This document shows positions 50,340 to 64,000 of a DNA stretch of 64,000 nt, piece by piece. The stretch comes from Candidatus Latescibacterota bacterium (GTDB lineage Bacteria; Latescibacterota; CBDEFO01), in contig CBDEFO010000008.1 in NCBI GenBank assembly GCA_965237525.1, positions 1,568,001 to 1,632,000 on the forward strand, read 5' to 3'. The position numbers and the translations under genes are program-made. The notes below the pieces were generated by a model. The model made no database searches and was not told the origin of the DNA. It worked only from the letters and a program-made list of their open reading frames with translations. The stretch's first letter is position 1. The number at the start of each line of letters is the position of its first letter.

Positions 50340-50900
50340 ATAGTAGATAAAATCTATCTGGCTACTCTTGTGGGGTCTTGCATCTCTGGGATGAATGCAG
50401 ACGTTTCTTGTTATGGTACTCAATCCATTGGGATATGATCTGTTCGACCTGTTAGAAGGAATAAGAATTGTGAAGCCAATCCCCGATGAATTCAATCGGG
50501 GACACTCTTTCTTGAGGGTCCTGAAAAAACGTTCTTCAAAACCGTTTTTACCACCGGTTGCCTCTATCGGAGGATTTCCGACTGGAATGTATTCCGGACG
50601 AATCCCCAAACTTGGTTGCTTGCCAAATAGGCTTCAGCCAAAAAGGTCGAACCCTTATCAGAACGAAAAGTCAGAGCTTGAGGTACTGCTTCTGTGGAAG
50701 CGTATTCCCGATTGATTCTATCGGGCACTAACCTCTCGCTCATCTGCAGGCTTGCGACCACGTCCAGACTTCACATGCTCCTGTCCCACTTGTGTAGTAC
50801 TATCACACCAAAGCATACATCTGCAACGGGCTGCTACCATTCTGGCTACATATTTCCGATAGATTCGCTTTTCTCAAGAACCTAACTTGACCTATACCTT
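50340..50900 (-). pseudogene. Degenerate IS3-like integrase-core transposase remnant
   Basis: Fragments KRIYR, LTFRSDKGSTF, GIRPEYI, ERFFRTLKKEC and WIEYHNKKRLHSS..TPQE, with stops and frameshifts; boundaries approximate. Confidence 0.75.
50481..50726. repeat. Three palindromic micro-element copies inside the IS remnant
   Basis: 50481-50501 CCCCGATGAATTCAATCGGGG; 50551-50573 CCACCGGTTGCCTCTATCGGAGG; 50707-50725 CCCGATTGATTCTATCGGG. Confidence 0.75.
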
Positions 50901-51111
50901 ATGACTGGCTGCCCAACGCTAACTATCTTTCATTCCGGGGCTTGACATCTGTTTAACTTGCTTTGCTCAGACCCTAACCTGAAAAAGATCTGTAGCTTTG
51001 TTACGGGGCTGGCGTAAACGCCTGCTATTTCTCAATCATAAAAAAGCCCCATCAACCCTTTGGGTTATGAGGCCTTATACTGTCGTCCTTGCGATTGACT
51101 GTCCTCAACGG

Positions 51112-52104
51112 TTATCTGATCAGGATCATCTTTCTGGTCTTAACAAAGTCCCCTGCCTCGATGCGATAGAGGTAAAGTCCGCTTGCCATGTCCTTCCCCT
51201 GATCGTCTTTGCTGTCCCAGACTACAGAATACCTTCCTGCTTTCTGATTCTCATTCACCAGTGTCCTGATCTTCTGCCCTAAAGTGTTAAATACATCTAG
51301 CCTTGCTCTTCCTGCTTCCCGTATTTCGTATCTTATAGTTGTATAAGGGTTAAACGGATTCGGATAGCTCTGAGCCAGGCTGTATTCTTGAGGCGGCGGG
51401 GATATGTCCTCTTGCTCCACTATACTCAAGCGGTACATCCCCTCGTTCAACTGTGCCTCAAGCACCTCCAATCCTAAATCAAATAAATCTTGTGCCCTGA
51501 ACTGGATGCGCAGCACCTCTCCCTTACCCTCAGGAGCGACTGTTCCCGCAAACGCTATTTGGATCACATTGTCTGAAACGTTGCTGACTATCAGATATTC
51601 CTCAGTCATATTCGCCGTGGAGACCTGTATATTGTCCATCTGCCCCTTAAACAACAACTCCATGTACCCGGCCAAAACTCCGCTCATCTCGTCTATTAAG
51701 ATCGGGAGCGATAACATGTTTTGGGTTATGTATTCGGACCTCCCAACCGTTATAGTGCGCTCCTGGCTGCCGACTAGCTTGGGCACAGGACCGCCCTCCA
51801 CAGGGAATCTGGACCTTATCTCAACCACAAACTGAAGGATGAGGGTTGCGTCAAAAGCAGATACTGTGCCGTCACCCGACACATCAGCAGAGGTCAACTC
51901 CTCACCTGTCAACTGGATAATTCCAACTACATGCTGTAAAACCAAAGCCGCATCGAAAGCTGTTATAACACCGTTCTTGCTCACATCGCCGAAAAGAGGC
52001 CCTGGCTCAGGGGACGGAGACGGAGACGGAATCACTGCATATGCATCGACACAAAACATCAGTAACACGGCAACTGCCACACATGCTAACAATTTTACCA
52101 TCAT
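51112..52104 (-). CDS. Secreted dockerin + cohesin-like + FlgD-Ig/T9SS-type C-terminal domain protein
   Basis: Signal peptide, PS linker, duplicated DVSxxGxxxAFDA dockerin repeats, and YPNPFNP.TTI.Y..GQKIRTLV..WD..G..ASGLY CTD. Confidence 0.85.
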   Translation of the reverse strand: MMVKLLACVAVAVLLMFCVDAYAVIPSPSPSPEPGPLFGDVSKNGVITAFDAALVLQHVVGIIQLTGEELTSADVSGDGTVSAFDATLILQFVVEIRSRFPVEGGPVPKLVGSQERTITVGRSEYITQNMLSLPILIDEMSGVLAGYMELLFKGQMDNIQVSTANMTEEYLIVSNVSDNVIQIAFAGTVAPEGKGEVLRIQFRAQDLFDLGLEVLEAQLNEGMYRLSIVEQEDISPPPQEYSLAQSYPNPFNPYTTIRYEIREAGRARLDVFNTLGQKIRTLVNENQKAGRYSVVWDSKDDQGKDMASGLYLYRIEAGDFVKTRKMILIR

Positions 52105-52632
52105 ACCCCCCAAGCTTAAAAGGGTAACTCCTGTATGGATAGTCTGTTTACGACAAGCATTTGGTGAATTTAATATATTATCTGAAAAAGTCAATAGGAA
52201 ATTTAAATTATAGGTGAAAAAATTAGAATTTTATGCATTTCCGCATCATTTTGTGCATCTTTAGCCACCTTTTTGTCGCGAAGTTGCTCTCTCAGCAGAC
52301 GTTAGAAAACAGATCGCGTGACAGGGCCGCCAAAAGTAGTACTAATTTTTCAACAATAGTTGTCGTTTTTTGAACCAATGCTTGCAGGTCTTGGGCAATA
52401 TGTCCCGAGTCTACCGGCGCACATTCTTGTATATAATTTAACCAATCGTATAGACGATAGATGTGATGAATATCACCATATGGGAATTTTTTTTGTATAT
52501 CCTATAATCTTTAGATTTTAAGTTGCGCCGTCGGCATATATTTAATATATTTACTTATACTTAATTGAAAAGGCGTTTGTTTATCATCTCTCAGATAGAG
52601 AGGAATTCTTCAATTTTGTTCTTTTCTAGTTT

Positions 52633-53931
52633 ATGAGTAGAAATATCAAGATAGGCGTAATCGGAATGGGAAACGTAGGTGGAGGTGTAGTTGAACTCCT
52701 TGTAAAGGGACCATCGTCTCTTCTTGAAAGAAAACGCCTGAGCTTAGAACTTGTTAAGGTCGCTGTCAAAAGCCTATCCAAAAAAAGAGATATACAAGTT
52801 CCAGAGGATCTTTTGACAGAGGATGTTTCCCAGGTTGTGAATGATCCCACTATAGACATCGTCGCTGAGCTTATAGGGGGAATAGAGCCTGCGCGGAGCT
52901 TTATTCTCAAGGCGATAAGGAATGGCAAGAACGTCGTTACAGCCAATAAAGCTCTGCTTGCGGACTGTGGAGACGAACTCTTTGAAGCAGCTCTAAAAAA
53001 CGGTGTTGACCTCCTCTTCGAAGCCAGCGTAGGCGGCGGTATCCCTATCATCCGCTCTTTGAAAAATGGGCTTGTAGCTAACAATGTAAGCTCTATGTAT
53101 GGGATACTTAATGGGACCACTAACTACATCCTTACAAAGATGACAGATGAGGGAGGTGACTTTGAGGATGTGCTTGCCGAGGCCCAGAAGTTGGGCTACG
53201 CCGAATCTGATCCTACGATGGATGTGGACGGAACAGATGCCGCCCAGAAGCTTGCTGTTCTCTCCAGAATCGCCTTCGGATCGGCTCTCAAGACTAGGGA
53301 TGTGTTCAAAGAAGGCATACAGAAGATAAAGATACAGGACATCGAATATGCAAGGGAGCTGGGTTACACGGTAAAGCTTCTGGCAATCGCCAAAGGATCG
53401 AAGGACACAATAGAAGTTAGAGTTCATCCTGCTATGGTCCCATCAGGTAGTATCATGGCGCAGATCAAAGGGGTCTTCAACGCGGTAGAAGTCGTGGGAG
53501 ATGCCGTCGGAACGCAGGTCTTCTACGGGAGCGGAGCAGGCCGCATGCCCACAGCCAGCGCAGTTATCTCAGATATCGTGGAGCTTTCCCAAAGACTTAT
53601 AGATAGAGCAGATCCCAAAGTCCGGGAGATGACGGTGTGCGATGGACCCTCTGTGATCCCCATAGACGAAGTAGAAATCCCCTATTATTTCAGATTCTTG
53701 GTTGTCGATAGGCCAGGAGTTCTGGCGCAAATAGCTGCCGTCTTTTCCGATGAAAAGATAAGTATAGCTTCAGTTATACAGAAAGGCAGAGCTGAGTCCC
53801 AGGGAAACGTGCCGCTGGTTATTATGACCCACGAAGCTAAAGAAAAATTTGTATGCCGGGCTGTTGAGAGATTGAATACCTTGGATATTATCAAAGATCA
53901 AATACAGATTATAAGGGTGGAGGATCTTTAA
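52633..53931 (+). CDS. hom: Homoserine dehydrogenase with ACT domain
   Basis: [40 protein letters not shown] and DRPGVLA. Confidence 0.97.
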   Translation: MSRNIKIGVIGMGNVGGGVVELLVKGPSSLLERKRLSLELVKVAVKSLSKKRDIQVPEDLLTEDVSQVVNDPTIDIVAELIGGIEPARSFILKAIRNGKNVVTANKALLADCGDELFEAALKNGVDLLFEASVGGGIPIIRSLKNGLVANNVSSMYGILNGTTNYILTKMTDEGGDFEDVLAEAQKLGYAESDPTMDVDGTDAAQKLAVLSRIAFGSALKTRDVFKEGIQKIKIQDIEYARELGYTVKLLAIAKGSKDTIEVRVHPAMVPSGSIMAQIKGVFNAVEVVGDAVGTQVFYGSGAGRMPTASAVISDIVELSQRLIDRADPKVREMTVCDGPSVIPIDEVEIPYYFRFLVVDRPGVLAQIAAVFSDEKISIASVIQKGRAESQGNVPLVIMTHEAKEKFVCRAVERLNTLDIIKDQIQIIRVEDL

Positions 53932-53969
53932 ACAAAAGGACAAAGAGCGGATTTGATGGAGATGTCGAA

Positions 53970-55028
53970 ATGCTCTGGACAGGTGTGGTAGAAAAATATA
54001 GACGTTACCTTCCCGTGACAGAAAAGACTCCTGTCATAAGCTTGTTTGAGGGAAATACTCCCCTGATCCCGGCAAAGAACCTTCTGAGGGAGATGGGAGC
54101 TGAATTTAAACTTTACTTTAAGTACGAAGGCTTGAATCCCACCGGTTCCTTCAAAGATAGGGGTATGACAGTGGCAGTCTCCAAAGCTGCCCAGGCGGGA
54201 GCGGAAGCGGTTATCTGTGCATCTACAGGCAACACGGCGGCATCAGCGTCCGCCTATGCGGCAAGAGCCGGTATGAAGTGCGTGGTCCTTATACCTGAAG
54301 GATATATCGCCTTCGGTAAGCTTGCGCAGGCTATGATCCAGGGAGCCTTTGTCATCTCCGTAAAGGCTAACTTCGACGGGGCCTTGCCTTTGGTCAAAGA
54401 GATCGCAGACAAATATCCGATTGCTTTAGTCAACTCCGTAAATCCCTATAGAATAGAAGGCCAAAAGACGGGTGCATTTGAGATCTGCGATCAGCTGGGG
54501 AGAAGGGCCCCCGATTATAACGTTCTGCCTGTCGGCAACGCCGGGAATATTACCGCCTACTGGAAAGGCTATAAAGAGTACTACGAAGCTGGAATGATAG
54601 AGAGTCTCCCCAAGATGATGGGATATCAAGCAGAAGGAGCCGCCCCGATCGTTCGAGGAGAGCCTGTAGGTGAACCTGAGACTATAGCAACAGCCATAAG
54701 GATCGGAAACCCAGCAAGCTGGAGCGGAGCAGAAGAGGCCAGAGAGGAATCGGGGGGAATAATAGACTCTGTTACCGATGAAGAGATCCTACAGGCGTAC
54801 AAGATGCTGGCAAACCAGGAAGGCATCTTTGCCGAGCCCGCGTCCGCCGCCTCGGTAGCAGGGGTACTAAAGCTTTACCAGGAAGGAACATTCCGAAAAG
54901 GAGATTTAGTGGTTTGCGTGCTTACGGGTCTGGGACTTAAAGATCCTGACAGGGCTGTGGCTGTGGCCCAAAAACCGCAAGTTATCGACGCGACCGTTGA
55001 GGCTGTAGTAAGAGAGATAGGATTTTGA
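53970..55028 (+). CDS. thrC: Threonine synthase
   Basis: [37 protein letters not shown] and PVGNAGN; directly downstream of hom. Confidence 0.96.
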   Translation: MLWTGVVEKYRRYLPVTEKTPVISLFEGNTPLIPAKNLLREMGAEFKLYFKYEGLNPTGSFKDRGMTVAVSKAAQAGAEAVICASTGNTAASASAYAARAGMKCVVLIPEGYIAFGKLAQAMIQGAFVISVKANFDGALPLVKEIADKYPIALVNSVNPYRIEGQKTGAFEICDQLGRRAPDYNVLPVGNAGNITAYWKGYKEYYEAGMIESLPKMMGYQAEGAAPIVRGEPVGEPETIATAIRIGNPASWSGAEEAREESGGIIDSVTDEEILQAYKMLANQEGIFAEPASAASVAGVLKLYQEGTFRKGDLVVCVLTGLGLKDPDRAVAVAQKPQVIDATVEAVVREIGF

Positions 55029-55222
55029 AATAAGTATACAAGAAACAATAGACATCATACAGGGAGCGACAAGCTAAGTAAGAATGCTTTGTCCACTGCG
55101 CGGCTTTCTGCCACCCCCCCTGGTGCTGACCTTGCTTGGCTTGGACCTTAGTCATAGCAGGGTGCCAGACCGCGACCTTGTCACGAGGTGCTGCGCCGAA
55201 GGAGACGCGAAGCGGAACCGTT

Positions 55223-55243
55223 CCCCGATTGAATCTATCGGGG
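55223..55243 (+). repeat. 21-nt palindromic micro-element copy (consensus)
   Basis: CCCCGATTGAATCTATCGGGG, identical to the copy at 36741. Confidence 0.85.
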
Positions 55244-55292
55244 ACAAGTGATGAGAGATAGTGCCCAGTCTGCTGAAAGATGAGCTAGAAAT

Positions 55293-56513
55293 TTGAGTCT
55301 TATCGTTCAAAAATATGGTGGAACTTCTGTCACCACGCCTGAACTGATAAAGCGCGTGGCGGGAAGGATCATAGCTAAAAAAAAGGAAGGGAACGACATA
55401 GTCGTCGTCGTCTCTGCGATGGGTGACAGCACCGACCAGTTGGTCGATCTTGTCAGGAAGATAACTGACCGACCCAGAGAAAGAGAAATGGACATGCTCC
55501 TTTCCACAGGAGAACTGGTGTCTATTGCCCTTTTGTCTATGGCTATTAATTCTATGGGGGCAGAGGCTATATCTTTCACAGGGCTGCAAAGCGGAATCAT
55601 CACAGATGCCATCCACACCAAAGCTAGGATTCTGGACATAAGAGCCGATAGGATAAGAGAAGAGCTAAAAAAGGGCAGAATAGTAATCGTTGCTGGATTT
55701 CAGGGAGTAAGCGTAGATCAGGAGGTCACAACCCTGGGAAGAGGCGGCTCTGATATGACTGCTGTAGCTTTAGCATACGCCCTGGATGCACATCAATGTG
55801 AGATATTGACAGACGTAGATGGTGTCTATACCGCCGATCCGAGCATAGTTCCCAAGGCCAGGAAGTTGGAGGTCCTCTCCAGCGATGAGATGCTGGAGCT
55901 TGCCAGCGCGGGCGCAAAGGTCCTTTACGCCAGATCGGTCGAGTTTGCCAACAAATATGGTGTTATTTTGCATGTGAGGTCCAGCTTTAACGAAAATTCT
56001 GGTACTCTTGTCAAGGAGGAAGAGGAAATGATGGAGGATGTCCTGGTGCGCGGCATCGCACACGACATAGATGAAGCTAAGATCACAATCCATGGAGTTC
56101 CAGACAGGCCAGGTATAGCGGCTGCAATATTCCAGCCCCTTGCCCAAGCTAATATCAACGTCGATATGATCGTCCAGAACGTCAGCGAGAGCGGAGTGAC
56201 GGATATGTCCTTCACGGTGCCAAGGGCCGACCTTGAAAGAGCTCTCGAACTAGGCAAGAACGTCATAAAACCCGAGATCGACGCGAGGAATGTCTCCGCA
56301 GACGAAGACATAGCCAAAGTCTCCGTAGTCGGAGTTGGGATGAGGAGCCATACGGGAGTCGCGTCCAAGACGTTTAAGGCCCTGTCTGATGCAGACATCA
56401 ATATCGAAATGATAAGCACATCAGAGATCAAGATTTCCTGTGTGATCAGAAAGGCTCGCATCGAGGACGCAGTAAGGGTCCTGCACAGAGAATTTGAACT
56501 GGGCGAATCTTGA
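55293..56513 (+). CDS. lysC: Aspartate kinase
   Basis: [33 protein letters not shown] and two ACT domains. Confidence 0.96.
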   Translation: MSLIVQKYGGTSVTTPELIKRVAGRIIAKKKEGNDIVVVVSAMGDSTDQLVDLVRKITDRPREREMDMLLSTGELVSIALLSMAINSMGAEAISFTGLQSGIITDAIHTKARILDIRADRIREELKKGRIVIVAGFQGVSVDQEVTTLGRGGSDMTAVALAYALDAHQCEILTDVDGVYTADPSIVPKARKLEVLSSDEMLELASAGAKVLYARSVEFANKYGVILHVRSSFNENSGTLVKEEEEMMEDVLVRGIAHDIDEAKITIHGVPDRPGIAAAIFQPLAQANINVDMIVQNVSESGVTDMSFTVPRADLERALELGKNVIKPEIDARNVSADEDIAKVSVVGVGMRSHTGVASKTFKALSDADINIEMISTSEIKISCVIRKARIEDAVRVLHREFELGES

Positions 56514-56529
56514 AGGAAAGGAATCCAGA

Positions 56530-57561
56530 ATGTCTTACAACGTGGCTATAGTAGGCGCCACGGGCGCAGTGGGCGGGGTGATGAGAAAGATCTTAGAAGA
56601 GAGAAAGTTTCCAGTAAAAAATTTGAGACTCTTTTCATCAAAAAGATCAGTAGGAAAGAAGCTGGACTTCAAGGGGGAAGATATAACTGTAGAAGAACTG
56701 AAAGACCGCTCGTTTTCCTCAAAAGATATAGATATTGTGCTATCATCTGCGGGGAGTTCCATAAGTAAGTGGTTTGCACCTGTAGCTGTCCAATCAGGAG
56801 CGGTAGTTATAGACAATACATCCGCTTTCAGGATGGAGCCTGATGTCCCTCTGGTGGTCCCCGAGGTGAACCCAGATGCCGCCTTGGATCACAGTGGTAT
56901 TGTAGCTAATCCAAACTGTTCCACAATCCAGATGGTGGTGGCTCTGAAGCCAATTCACGATGCGGCCAGAATCAAAAGGGTTGTGGTTTCCACCTATCAA
57001 TCTGTCTCAGGCGACAGCTTAAAGGCGATGTTAGATTTGAAGGAACAGACCAAAGCCATTCTGGAGGGCAAATCTTATGATAGTCCCAGATTTCCACATC
57101 AGATGGCTTTCAACGTTATTCCGCAGATACCACACAGCAGTGATAACGCTTTTCTGGAAAACGGATATACGACAGAAGAGATGAAGATGGTCAACGAGAC
57201 CCAAAAGATTATGCGCGACGACTCCATAAAGGTCACTGCTACTACCGTCAGAGTCCCTGTCTTGATGGCTCATTCTGAATCTGTTAATGTTGAGACTATA
57301 GGGAAACTTACCCGAGACCAAGCAAGACAGATATTAACGAGGGCCCCCGGTGTCGCTGTGCTGGACGATCCTGGAAGGGGAATCTATCCTTTAGCCGTGG
57401 ATGCTGAAGGGAAAGATGAGGTATTTGTGGGGAGGATACGGGAAGATATATCCTCTGAAAATGCACTCGATATGTGGATAGTCTCCGACAATCTGCGCAA
57501 GGGGGCTGCGCTCAACGCAATTCAGATTGCAGAAATCCTTTTTTGCCAAAGGGAGGTTTAA
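56530..57561 (+). CDS. asd: Aspartate-semialdehyde dehydrogenase
   Basis: GATGAVG, NPNCSTIQ, RVPV..HSE and DNLRKGAALN. Confidence 0.97.
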   Translation: MSYNVAIVGATGAVGGVMRKILEERKFPVKNLRLFSSKRSVGKKLDFKGEDITVEELKDRSFSSKDIDIVLSSAGSSISKWFAPVAVQSGAVVIDNTSAFRMEPDVPLVVPEVNPDAALDHSGIVANPNCSTIQMVVALKPIHDAARIKRVVVSTYQSVSGDSLKAMLDLKEQTKAILEGKSYDSPRFPHQMAFNVIPQIPHSSDNAFLENGYTTEEMKMVNETQKIMRDDSIKVTATTVRVPVLMAHSESVNVETIGKLTRDQARQILTRAPGVAVLDDPGRGIYPLAVDAEGKDEVFVGRIREDISSENALDMWIVSDNLRKGAALNAIQIAEILFCQREV

Positions 57562-57774
57562 AGAGTCGAAAGTCAAGACCGACAAATAGGTTGAGAGTCT
57601 AAGTCTTCTATGGAGCTGTCCCTTTCCGATTCGAACGGAAAGACGACGATAGAAAACACGTTAAATGGAACTTTTCCGAAATATGGGGGTCTTAAGTGTA
57701 TGTGGAAATTTAAAGCATAGAAGGATTCATAAGAGCATAGTGTTAATCTTATTTTGAAATCACAAAAAAAACAC

Positions 57775-57803
57775 TTGACAAATCGAAAAGTTTAACGTAT
57801 ATT
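57775..57803 (+). promoter_or_regulatory. rRNA operon promoter
   Basis: A-tract UP element, TTGACA-17 nt-TATATT, and boxA-like GTTCTTTGAAAA downstream. Confidence 0.8.
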
Positions 57804-57948
57804 AGTGTGTTGCCGATACTATAACTGGTAATCGTTCTTTGAAAATCGAATAACGTGCATGGTTTGGAGTCTTCTGGTAGAGATCTCTTCTTAAGAGATC
57901 ATTAAGCTTTGATGACATGTCCTTTCAAGGACATCACAGGATTAGTTT

Positions 57949-59519
<1,571 letters not shown>

Positions 59520-59667
59520 AGTTGCAAATGCCCTCATGGGGCTGCAATTTCTATGATCAACCTGTCAGCGGGCAAAGGCTGTGCACGTTATTTGATTTTT
59601 TTTGAGCTGGACATAGAGCCGAGAACATCGGTGTGGAGCTTAGCCCACAAGCTAAAAGACCCGTTTA

Positions 59668-59744
<77 letters not shown>

Positions 59745-59754
59745 TATAAAAGCG

Positions 59755-59830
59755 GGGGATATAGCTCAATTGGGAGAGCGCAGGCTTTGCAAGCCTGAGG
59801 TTACCGGTTCGATCCCGGTTATCTCCACCA
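59755..59830 (+). tRNA. tRNA-Ala(TGC)
   Basis: G3:U70 acceptor pair, anticodon loop TTTGCAA, GTTCGA and encoded CCA. Confidence 0.97.
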
Positions 59831-59995
59831 AAAGCCTATTAAACTGCGCAAGTCTATAAAAGCATCTAAAGACATAAATGAGTAAGCGCTTATTCGGTAA
59901 GCGCTGATATTGTTCTTTGACAATTGAATATGGATAGAACGGGTAACTTAATGTAGCTGAGATATCTTAGGGCTTTACCTTGGATATTATATGTT

Positions 59996-63144
<3,149 letters not shown>

Positions 63145-63234
63145 ACACTTTAACAAATGTCCAAGATTCAGCCTCGTGACGTTGCCCGTTCTTTCCATGT
63201 TCAATTGCAAAGAGCTAAAGTGAACTTCCGAATT

Positions 63235-63352
63235 TCCCGGTAGCAATAGCGGAGGGGAAACACCTCTTCCCATTCCGAACAGAGTAGTTAAGCCCTCTGG
63301 CGCCGATGGTACTGCTTGGGTAACCTTGTGGGAGAGTAGGTAGCTGCCGAGA
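63235..63352 (+). rRNA. rrf: 5S rRNA
   Basis: CCCATTCCGAAC, GCCGATGGTACT and GGGAGAGTAGG. Confidence 0.96.
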
Positions 63353-63360
63353 TCTTTAGT

Positions 63361-63397
63361 AAAAAGTCCGCACTTTATATAGTGTGGGCTTTTTTTG
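63361..63397 (+). terminator. rRNA operon terminator
   Basis: AAAAAGTCCGCACT-loop-AGTGTGGGCTTTTTTT. Confidence 0.8.
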
Positions 63398-63499
63398 TTT
63401 TTTAGCTTGACTTATGTTATGCCGTTCTATACATTTGTTTTAAGAAAAAATCAGCCCTTAGGCTACGAACTATCTTTGCTTAGGTAACAGGAGAAGCAG

Positions 63500-64000
63500 A
63501 TGCATAAAGAACTAGTCCTATTCCCCGGAGCACGAACGCCTTTTGGGAGCTTCGGAGGAAGTCTGAGGGATCACAGCCCGAGAGATTTGGGAGTTCTGGC
63601 GTCCAAGGCTGCGCTGGAGCGCTCGGGCGTCTTACCTCTGAGGATAGATCACACAATCTTCGGCAACGCTCTTCAGACAGACGGACAGGATATCTACCTT
63701 GCCCGACATATAGGCCTGAACGCAGGTGTCCCCCTCCATATTCCAGCCTTGACGGTGAACAGACTCTGCGCGTCGGGTTTTCAGTCTATTATCAGTGGAG
63801 CGCATCAGATCCTGCTGGATGAGGCAGACTTTGTATTGGCAGGCGGTGTTGAGAGCATGAGCAGGGCTCCGTATCTTGTAAAAGGGGCAAGATGGGGAGT
63901 ACACTTCGGGGATGGGACGCTTGAAGACGCTCTTTGTCAGGCTTTGGAGGACAGCAATTGCGGATGCAAAATGGGTAGCACGGCGGAGAATCTGGCAAAT
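63500..64000 (+). CDS. Acetyl-CoA C-acyltransferase (thiolase), 3' truncated by window
   Basis: AGGAG RBS; MHKELVLFPGARTPFGSFGG..TVNRLCASG..AGGVESMS..MGSTAENLA; absent from the ORF track because no stop lies in the window. Confidence 0.93.
   Translation, partial: MHKELVLFPGARTPFGSFGGSLRDHSPRDLGVLASKAALERSGVLPLRIDHTIFGNALQTDGQDIYLARHIGLNAGVPLHIPALTVNRLCASGFQSIISGAHQILLDEADFVLAGGVESMSRAPYLVKGARWGVHFGDGTLEDALCQALEDSNCGCKMGSTAENLAN

Noticed and set aside
2166..55243. The 21-nt palindromes as CRISPR repeats
   Set aside because: Copies are dispersed, in mixed orientation and without regular spacers; no cas genes are in the window.
55029..55292. Lysine riboswitch upstream of lysC
   Set aside because: Only GCCGAA is present; the AGAGG, GAAAGG and CTGTC/GCGCT elements are not in the expected order.

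Overview
Bacterial chromosomal window, probably from an anaerobic uncultured FCB-superphylum lineage such as Latescibacterota. That placement is inferred from a dockerin-cohesin-FlgD/CTD protein, a C-terminal TWGxIK motif, an Omp85 fused to a peptidase and a divergent 16S, and needs a 16S database search. The housekeeping backbone is glnA, an nrnA-like DHH gene, LonC, bioA, accA, murD, hom-thrC-lysC-asd, a full 16S-Ile-Ala-23S-5S rRNA operon and a partial thiolase. Main accessory and unusual elements: (1) a complete 4853-bp IS1595-family cargo transposon (13351-18203; 24-bp TIRs, 8-bp CATCTTTT duplication) carrying a fused type IIG-like restriction-modification gene, a second transposase C-terminal remnant and two paralogous micro-ORFs; (2) a dispersed family of about 21-nt palindromic micro-elements (CCCCGATTGAATCTATCGGGG), 9 copies found, nested in one another and inserted in frame in coding sequence; (3) a SAM-I riboswitch-led sulfur-carrier operon with a ThrC paralogue; (4) an AT-rich two-gene unit of a DUF559-RecQ fusion plus a membrane-anchored protein; (5) an operon with tandem Hfq-like, PC4 and UvrB/C-motif genes; (6) a PafBC/WYL-type promoter; (7) a helix-45 insertion in the 23S rRNA. 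Many single-base frameshifts, often in homopolymers, suggest long-read consensus errors, so pseudogene calls are provisional. Product calls come from motif recognition by eye; no searches were run.
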